Shown one piece after another: positions 10,701 through 20,000 of a DNA stretch of 20,000 bases. Where the stretch lies: NCBI RefSeq assembly GCF_004010195.1, contig NC_057719.1, forward strand, positions 14,869,187-14,889,186, read 5' to 3'. The notes under the pieces are model-generated. The model had not been told where the DNA came from. It was given only the letters and a program-made list of their open reading frames with translations, and did not search any database. The first letter of the stretch is position 1; every line of letters starts with the position of its first letter. This stretch comes from Chiloscyllium plagiosum (Eukaryota). Position numbers and translations under genes: made by a program.

Positions 10701-13700
10701 TCTCACTGTAACCCAGTAACCTCGGTTAATGTTCTGGGAGAGGGGATGCTGCAGTGACAGTCTTATTGTACTGTACCCCAGTAACCCGCGGATAATGTTC
10801 TAGGAGATGGGATGGTGCAGTGGCAGCATCACTGTAACCCAGTAACCCCCGAGTCATGTTCTAGGACAGGGGATGGTGCAGTGGCAGCATCACTGTAACA
10901 CAGAAAACCCTGGTTAATGTTCTGGGATAGCGGATTGTGCGATGGCAGTCCCACTGTAAGCCAGTAACCCCGGGTTAATGTTCTGGTATAGGGAATGGTA
11001 CAGTGAAAGTCTCACTGTACTGTAAGCCAGTAACCCCCGGTTAATGTTCTGGGATAAGGAATGGTACAGTGGCACCATCACTGTAACCCAGGATCCCCCG
11101 GTTAATGTTCTGGGATAAGTGATGTTGCAGTGGCAACATCACTGTAACCCAGTAACCCCCAGTTAATGTTCTGGGAGAGGGGACGGTGCAGTGACAGTCT
11201 TATTGTACTGTAACACTGTAACCCCTGGTTAATGTTCTGGGATAAGGGATGGTGCAGTGGCAGCATCACTGTAATCCAGTAACCCCCGGTTAATCTCCTG
11301 GGATAAGGGATGGTGCAGTGGCAGTCTTATTTTACCGTAACCCAGTAACCCCCGGTTAACGTTCTGGGAGAGGTGAGGGTGCAGTGGCATCATCACTGTA
11401 ACCCAGTAACCCCCGGTTAATGTTTTGGAATAGGGCATGGTGCAGTGGCCGTCTCACTGTAACATAGTAACCCCCAGTTAATGTTCTGGGATAAGGGATG
11501 GTGCAGTGGCAGTCCCACTGTAACCCAGTAACTCCCGGTTAATGTTCTGGGATAAGGGATGGTGCAGTGGCAGCACCACTGTAATGCAGGAACCCCTGGT
11601 TAATGTTCTGGGATAAGGGATGGTGCAGTGGCAGCATCACAGTAACCCAGTAACCGTCGGTTTAAGTTCTGGGAGAGGGGATGGTGCAGTGGCAGTCTCA
11701 CTGTAACACAGTAACCCCAGGTTCATGTTCTGGGATAGCGGATGGTGCTGTGCAGCATCACTGTAACCCAGTAACCCCCGGTTAGTGTTCTGGGATAGGG
11801 GATGGTGCAGTGACAGTCTTACTGTACTGTATACAGTAACCCCCGGTTAAAGTTCTGGGATAAGGGATGCTGCAATGACAGTCTTACTGTACTGTAACCC
11901 AGTAACCCCCGGTTAATGTTCTGGGATAGGGGATGGTGCAGTGGCAGCATCACTGTAACCCAGTAACCCCCGTTTAATGTTGTGGGATATGGGATGGTGC
12001 AGTGGCAGCATCACTGTAACCCAGTAACCCCCGTTTAATGTTGTGGGATATGGGATGGTGCAGTGGCAGTCTCACCGTAACCCAGAAACCCCCGGTTAAT
12101 GTTCTGGGAGAGTGGACGGTGCAGTAGCAGTCTCGCCGTAACCCAGAAACCCCGGTTAATGTTCTGGGAGAGGGTATGGTGCAGTGGCAGTCTCACTGTA
12201 CTGTCACCCAGTAACCCCCGGTTAATGTTCTAGGATAAGGGATGGTGCAGTGGCAGTCTCACTGTAACCCAGTAACCCCCAGTTAATGTTCTGGGATAGG
12301 GGATGGTGCAGTGGCAGTCTCACTGTAACACAGTAACCCCCAGTTCATGTTCTGAGAGAGGGGATAGTGCAGTGGATGTCTCACTGTAACCCAGTAACCC
12401 CCAGTTAATGTTCTGGGATAGGGGATGGTGCAGTGGCAGTCTCACTGTAACACAGTAACCCCCAGTTCATGTTCTGGGATAGGGGAAGGTGCAGTGGCAG
12501 TCTCACTGTAACACAGTAACCCCCAGTTAATGTTCTGGGATAGGGGATGGTGCAGTGGGGGAAGGTGCAGTGGCAGTCTCACTGTAACCCAGTAACCCCC
12601 AGTTAATGTTCTGGGATAGGGGATGGTGCAGTGGCAGTCTCACTGTAACACAGTAACCCCCAGTTCATGTTCTGGGATAGGGGAAGGTGCAGTGGCAGTC
12701 TCACTGTAACACAGTAACCCCCAGTTAATGTTCTGGGATAGGGGATGGTGCAGTGGCAGTCTCACTGTAACACAGTAACCCCCAGTTAATGTTCTGAGAG
12801 AGGGGATAGTGCAGTGGATGTCTCACTGTAACCCAGTAACCCCCAGTTAATGTTCTGGGATAGGGGATAGTGCAGTGGCAACATCACTGTAACCCAGTAA
12901 CCCCCAGTTAATGTTTTGGGATAAAGAATGGTGCAGTGACAGTCTCACGGGAACCCAGTAACCCCTGGTTAATGTTCTGGGAGAGGGGATGGTGCAGTGG
13001 CAGCATCACTGTAACGCAGTAACCCCCGGTTAATGTTCTGGATGATGGGATGGTGCAGTGGCAGTCTCACTGTAACCCAGTAACCCCCAGTTAATGTTCG
13101 GGGATAGGGGACGATGCAGTGGCAGCATCACTGTTCCCCAGTAACCCCCGGTTAATGTTCTGGGATAAGGGATGGTGCAGTGACAGTCTCACTGTAACCC
13201 AGTCAGCCCCAGTTAATGTTCTGGGAGAGGGCATGTTCCACTGGCAGTCTCACTGTAACATAGTAAACCCCGGTTAATGTTCTGGGAGAGGGGATAGTGC
13301 AGTGGCAGTTTCACGGACACACAGTAACCCCCGGTTAATGTTGTGGGAGAGAGATGGTGCAGTGGCAGCATCACTGTAACGCAGTAATCCCCGGTTAAAG
13401 TTCTGGGATAAGGGATGCTGCAATGACAGTCTTACTGTACTGTAACCCAGTAACCCCCGGTTAATGTTCTGGGAGAGGGGATGGTGCAGTGGCAGTCTCA
13501 CTGTAACACTGTAACCACAGGTTAATGTTCTGGGAGAGAGGACGGTGCAGTAGCAGTCTCACTGTAACCCACTAAACCCCGATTAATGTTCGGGGATAGG
13601 GGATGAGGCAGTGGCAGCATCATTGTAACACACCAACCACCGGTTAATGTTCTGGGCGAGGAGATGGTGCAGTGGCAGTCTTACTGTATCCCAGTAACCC

Positions 13701-16700
13701 CCGGTTAATGTTCTGGGATAAGGGATTGTGCAGTGGCAGTCTCACTGTAAGCCAGTAATCCCCCTTTAATGTCCTGGGGTAAGGTATGGTGCAGTAGCAG
13801 TCTTACTGTACTGTAACACAGTAACCCCCGGTTAATGTTTTGGGATAGGGGATGGTGCAGTGGCAGTCTCACTGCAACACAGTAACCCCAGGTTAATGTT
13901 CTGGGATAAAGGATAGTGCAGTGGCAACATCACTGTAACCCAGTAACCCCCACAGTTAATGTTCTGGGATAAAGGATGGTGCAGTGACATTCTCACTGTA
14001 ACCCAGTAACCCCCGGTTAATGTTCTGGGAGACAGGATTGTGCAGTGGCAGTCTCACGGTAACACAGTAACCACCGGTTAATGTTCTAGGATAAGGGATG
14101 GTGCAGTGACAGTCTCACTGTAACCCAGTAACCCCCGGTTAAAGTTCGGGGAGAGGGCATGGTGCAGTGGCAGTCTCACTGTAACACAGTAACCCCAGGT
14201 TAATGTTCTGGGATAGGGAATAGTGCAGTGGCAACATCACAGTAAGCCAGTAACCCCCAGTTAATGTTCTGGGATAAAGGATGGTGCTGTGACATTCTCA
14301 CTGTAACACAGAAACCCCCGGTTAATGTTCTGGGAGAGGGGATTGTGCAGTGGCAGTCTCACGGTAACACAGTAATCCCCAGTTAATGTTCTAGGATAAA
14401 GAATGGTGCAGTGACAGTCACACTGTAACCCAGTAAACCCCGGTTAATGTTCTAGGAGAGGGGATGGTGCAGTGGAAGTCTCATGGACACACAGTAACCC
14501 CCGGTTAATGTTCTGGGAGAGGGGATGGTGCAGTGGCAGAATCACTGTAACGCAGTAACCCCCGGTTAATGTTCTGGATGATGGGATGGTGCAGTGGCAG
14601 TCTCCCTGTAACACAGTAACCCCCCGTTAATGTTGTGGGATAAGGAATAGTGCAGTGTCAGCATCACTGTAACCCAGTAACCCCCGGTTAATGTTCAGGG
14701 ATAGGGGACGATGCAGTGGCAGCATCACTGTAACCCAGTAATACCCGGTTAATGTTCTGGGAGAGTGGATGGTGCAGTGGCAGCATCACTGTAACCCAGT
14801 AACCCCCGGTTAATGTCCTGGGTTAAGGGATGGTGCAGTGTCAGTCTGACTGTACTGTAACACAGTAACCCCCGTTAATGATCTGGGATAAGGGATGGTG
14901 CAGTGACAGTCTCACTGTAACCCAGTAAGCCCCGGTTAATGTTCTGGGAGAGGGCATGGTCCACTGGCAGTTCACTGTAATACAGTAACCCCCGGTTAGT
15001 GTTCTGGGATAGGGGATGGTGCAGTGGCAGCATCACTGTAACCCAGCAACCCCCGTTTAATTTTGTGGGATATGGGATGGTGCAGTGGCAGTCTCACTGT
15101 AACACAGTAACCCCTGGTTAATGATCTGGGAAAGGGAATGCTGCAGTGACAGTCTTACTGTAACACAATAACCCCCAGTTAATGTCCTGGGATAGGGGAT
15201 TGTGCAGTGGCAGTCTCACTGTAACCCAGTAACCCCTGGTTAATTTTCTGGGATAGCGGATGGTGCAGTGGCAGCATCACTGTAACACAGTAACCTCCGG
15301 TTAATGTTCTGGGATAGGGGATAGTGCAGTGGCACCAACAGTGTAACCCAGTAACCCCTGGTTAATGTTCTAGGAGAGGGAATGGTGCAGTAGCAGTATC
15401 ACTGTAACCAAGTAACCCCTGGTTAATGTTGTGGGATAAGGGATGGTGCAGTGACAGTCTCACTGTAACCCAGTAACTCCCGTTTAATGTTCTAGGAGAG
15501 GGGATGGTGCAGTAGCATTCTCAATGTAACACAGTAACGCCCAGTTAATGTTCTGGGATGAAGGATGGTGCAGTGACACTCTCACTGTAACCCAGTAACC
15601 CCTGGTTAATGTTCTGGGATAAGGGATGGTGCAGTGGCAACATCACTGTAACCCAGTAAACCCCGGATAATATTCTGGGAGAGGGGATTGTGCAGTGGCA
15701 GTCACACGGTAACCCAGTAACCCCCGGTTAATGTTCTGGGGTAAGGGATGGTGCAGTGGCAGTCTGACTGTGTCTCAGTAACCCTAGGTTAATGTTCTGG
15801 GATAGGGGATAGTGCAGTGGCACCATCACTGTAACCAAGTAACCCCCAGTTAATGTTCTGGGATAAAGAATGGTGCAGTGACAGTCTCACTGTAACACAG
15901 TAACCCCCGGTTAATGTTCTGGGATAAGGGATGGTGCAGTGTCAGCATCACTGTAACACAGTAACCCCCGGTTAATGATCGGGGATGGGGGATGATGCAG
16001 TGGCAGCATCACTGTAACACAGTAACCCCAGGTTAATGTTCTGGGATCGGACATGGTTCACTGGCGGCATCACTGTAACCCAGTAGCCCCCGGTTAATGT
16101 TCTGAGATAGGGGATGGTGCAGTGGCAGTCTCACTGTAACACAGTAACCCCCAGTTAATGTTCTGGGATAAAGGATGGTTCAGTGACACTCTCACTGTAA
16201 CACTCTAACCCCCGGTTAATGTTCTGGGAGAGGGCGTGGTGCAGTGGCAGTCTCATGTAACACATTAACCCCCGGTTAATGTTCTGGGATAAGTGATGGT
16301 GCAGTGACAGTCTCACTGTACTGTAACCCAGTAACCCCTGGTTAATGTTCTGGGATAGGAAACGGTTCACTGGCAGCATCACTGTAACCCAGTAGCCCCC
16401 GGTTAATGTTCTGGGAAAGGGGATGGTGCAATGACAGTCTCACTGTAATCCAGCAACCCCCGGTTAATGTTCTGGGATCGGGGATGGTGCAGTGGCAGTC
16501 TCACTGTAACCCAGAAAACCCCGGTTAAGGTTCTGGGAGAGGGGATGGTGCAGTGGCAGTCTTACTGTACTGTAACACAGTAAACCACGGTTAATGTTCA
16601 GGGATAAGGGATGGTGCAGTGGCACCAACAGTGTAACCCAGTAACCCCCAGTTAATGTTCTAGGAGAGGGGATGGTGCAGTGACAGTCTCACTGTAACAC

Positions 16701-19700
16701 AGTAACCCCCGGTTAATATTCTGGGATAAGGGATGGTGCAGTGTCAGCATCACTGTAACCCAGTAGCCCCCGGTTAATGTTCTGGGATAGGGGATGGTGC
16801 AGTGGCAGCATCACTGTTACTCAGTAACCCCAGGTTAATATTCTGGGATAAGGGATGGTGCACTGACAGTCTCACTATAATCCAGTAACCCCCGGTTAAT
16901 GTTCTGGGATAAGGGATGGTGCAGTGGCAGTCTTACTGTTCTGTAACACAGTAGCCCCCGGTTAATGTTCTGGGATAGGACATGGTTCACTGGCAGCATC
17001 ACTGTAACCCAGTAGCCCCCGGTTAATGTTCTGGGATAGAATATGGTGCAGTGGCAGCATCACTGTAACTCAGTAATCCCCGGTTAATGTTCTGGTATAG
17101 GGGATGGTGCAGTGGCAGACTCACTGTAACCCAGTAACCCCCGGTTAATGTCCTGGGGTAAGGGATGGTGCAGTGGCAGACTTACTGTAACCCAGTAACC
17201 CCCAGTTAATGTTCTGGGATAGGGGATGGTGCAGTGGCAGTCTCACTATAACCCAGTAACCCCCAGTTAATGTTCTGGGATAAGGGATGGTGCAGTGGCA
17301 GTCTCACTGTAACCCAGTAACCCCCGGTTAATGTTCTGGGAGAGTGGATGGTGCAGTGGCAGTCAAACGGAAACAGTAACCCCCGGTTAATGTTCTGGAA
17401 GAGGGGATTGTGCAGTGGTAGTCTCACTGTAACACAGTTGCCCCCGGTAAATGTTCTGGGATAGGTGATAGTGCAGTGGCAACATCACTGTAACCCAGTA
17501 ACCCCAGGTTAATGTTCTGGGATAAAGGATGGTGCAGTGACAGTCTCACTGTAACCCAGTAACCCCTGGTTAATGTTTGGGATAGGGGATGATGCAGTGG
17601 CAGCATCAATGTAACCCAGTAACCCCCGGTTAATGTTCTGGGAGAGGGGATGGTGCAATAGCAGCATCACTGTTACGCAGTAATCCCCGGTTAATGTTCT
17701 GGGACAAGGGACTATGCAGTGGCAGTCTCACTGTAACCCAGTAACCCCCGGTTGATGTCCTGGGGTAAGGGATGGTGCAGTGGCAGTCTTACTATACTGT
17801 AACACAGTAACCCACGGTTAATGTTGTGGGATAAGGGATGGTGCAGTGACAGTCTCACTGTAACCCAGTAACCCCCGGTTAATGTTCTGGGATAGCGGAT
17901 GGTGCAGTGGCACCATCACTGTAACCCAGTAACCCCCAGTTAATGTTCTGGGATAAAGGATGGTGCAGCGACAGTCTCACTGTAACACAGTAACCCCCGG
18001 TTAATGTTCTGGGATAAGGGATGGTGCAGTGTCAGCATCACTGCAACACAGTAACCCCCGGTTAATGTTCTGGGATAGCGGATGGTGCAGTGGCAGCATC
18101 ACTGTAACACAGTAATCTCCGGTTAATGTTCTGGGATAGGGGATAGTGCAGTGGCACCAACAGTGTAACCCAGTAACCCCTGGTTAATGTTCTGGGATAA
18201 GGGATGGTGCAGTGACAGTCTCACTGTAACCCAGTAACTCCCGGTTAATGTTCTAGGAGAGGGTATGGTGCAGTAGCAGTCTCACTGTAACCCAGTAACC
18301 CCTGGTTAATGTTCTGGGATAAGGGATGGTGCAGTGACAGTCTCACTGTAACCCAGTAACTCCCGGTTAATGTTCTAGGAGAGGGGATGGTGCAGTAGCA
18401 TTCTCAATGTAACACAGTAACGCCCAGTTAATGTCTGGGATGAAAGGATGGTGCAGTGACACTCTCACTGTAACCCAGTAACCCCTGGTTAATGTTCTGG
18501 GATAAGGGATGGTGCAGTGGCAACATCACTGTAACCCAGTATCCCCCAGTTAATGTTCTGGGATAAAGGATGGTTCAGTGACACTCTCACTGCAACACTC
18601 TAACCCCTGGTTAATGTTCTGGGATAAGGGATGGTGCAGTGGCAGTCTCACTGTAACCCAGTAACCCCCAGTTAATGTTCTGGGATAGGGGATGGTGCAG
18701 TGGCAGTCTCACTGTAACCCAGTAACACCCCAGTTAATGTTTTGGGATAAGGGATGGTGCAGTGGCAACATCACTGTAACCCAGTATCCCCCAGTTAATG
18801 TTCTGGGATAAAGGATGGTTCAGTGACACTCTCACTGCAACACTCTAACCCCTGGTTAATGTTCTGGGAGAGGGCGTGGTGCAGTGGCAGTCTCACTGTA
18901 ACACATTAACCCCCGGTTAATGTTCTGGGATAGGGGATAGTGCAGTGGCAGCATCACTGGAACCCCGTAACCCCCGCTTAATGTTCTGGGATAAGTGATG
19001 GTGCAGTGACAGTCTCACTGTACTGTAATCCAGTAACCCCTGGTTAATGTTCTGGGATAGGAAACGGTTCACTGGCAGCATAACTGTAACCCAGTAGCCC
19101 CCGGTTAATGTTCTGGGATAGGACATGGTTCACTGGCAGCATCACTGTAACCCAGTAGCCCCCAGTTAATGTTCTGGGATAGAATATGGTGCAGTGGCAG
19201 CATCACTGTTACTCAGTAACCCCCGGTTAATGTTCTGGGATCGGGGATGGTGCAGTGGCAGTCTCACTGTAACCCAGTAACCCCCGTTTAATGTTCAGGG
19301 GTAAGGGATGGTGCAGTGGCAGTCTTACTATACTGTAACACAGTAAACGACGGTTAATGTTCTGGGATAAGGGATGGTGCAGTGGCAGCATCACTGTAAC
19401 CCAGTAACCCCCGTTTAATGTTCCGGGGTAAGGGATGGTGCAGTGGCAGTCTTACTGTACTGTAACACAGTAACCCCCGGTTAATGTTCTGGGATAGGAC
19501 ATGGTTCACTGGCAGCATCACTGTAACCCAGTAACCCCCGGTTAATGTTCTGGGATAGAATATGGTGCAGTGGCAGCATCACTGTAACTGAGTAACCCCC
19601 GGTTAATGTTCTGGGATAGGGAATGGTGCAGTGGCAGCATCACTGTAACCCAGTAACCCCCGGTTAATGTTCAGGGATAAGGGATAGTGCAGTGGCAGTC

Positions 19701-20000
19701 TCTCTGTAATCCAGTAACCCCCGGTTAATGTTCTGGGAGAGGGCATGGTGCAGTGGCAGTCTCACTGTGACTCAGTTTCTGGGATAGGGGAGAGTGCAGT
19801 GGCATAATCACTGTAACCAAGTAACCCCCAGTTAATGTTCTAGGATAAAGGATGGTGCAGTGACAGTCTCACTGTAACACAGTAACCCCCGGTTAATGTT
19901 CTGGGATAGGGAATGGTGCAGTGGCAGCATCACTGTAACTGAGTAACCCCCGGTTAATGTTCTGGGATAGGGAATGGTGCAGTGGCAGCATCACTGTAAC
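4718..20000. repeat. Large tandem satellite/minisatellite array, 61-bp monomer GGTTAATGTTCTGGGATAGGGGATGGTGCAGTGGCAGCATCACTGTAACCCAGTAACCCCC (66-bp variant with extra ACTGT), roughly 235-240 sequenced copies, running off the window end
   Basis: Continuous head-to-tail repetition. The 61-bp period is visible as a 1-nt shift between successive 60-nt lines (e.g. 11941 vs 12001). Copy number is estimated from length divided by period. Confidence 0.98.
7248..7747. other. Assembly gap (500 N) inside the satellite
   Basis: Run of exactly 500 N, probably a fixed-size placeholder. The same repeat in the same orientation lies on both sides. Confidence 0.99.

Noticed and set aside
4961..19126. Minus-strand ORFs with repeated MLPLHHPLSQNINRGLLGYS
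   Set aside because: These are translations of the satellite. The 61-bp period rotates the frame into the TAA of CATTAAC every few units, and indels are not frame-preserving.
4718..20000. CRISPR-like array (regular repeats with palindromes)
   Set aside because: There are no unique spacers because the entire 61 bp is repeated. No cas genes are present and the context is vertebrate.

Overview
Eukaryotic, almost certainly cartilaginous-fish (shark) genomic DNA. The taxon is inferred from a full-length HE1-type V-SINE and from shark-style CR1 and Penelope fragments. Bases 1-4717 are AT-rich intron/intergenic-like sequence. They contain the SINE (1472-1790), a probable LINE 3' tail (~2690-2760), a compound microsatellite, a short Penelope-like insertion (3892-4053) with a 39-bp inverted repeat, a decayed minimal hammerhead-ribozyme motif and a 16-bp target-site duplication, and a decayed CR1-type RT fragment. 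This region also has a perfect palindromic estrogen-response element (774-788) and a candidate 28-nt microexon (452-479). From ~4718 to the window end is one >15-kb tandem array of a 61-bp monomer (66-bp variant), interrupted by a 500-N gap. The monomer has two built-in hairpins and telomere-like TAACCC motifs, and the array shows discrete monomer classes, CpG decay and multi-monomer block duplications. No complete protein-coding gene is supported. All ORFs in the ORF track look spurious or repeat-derived.
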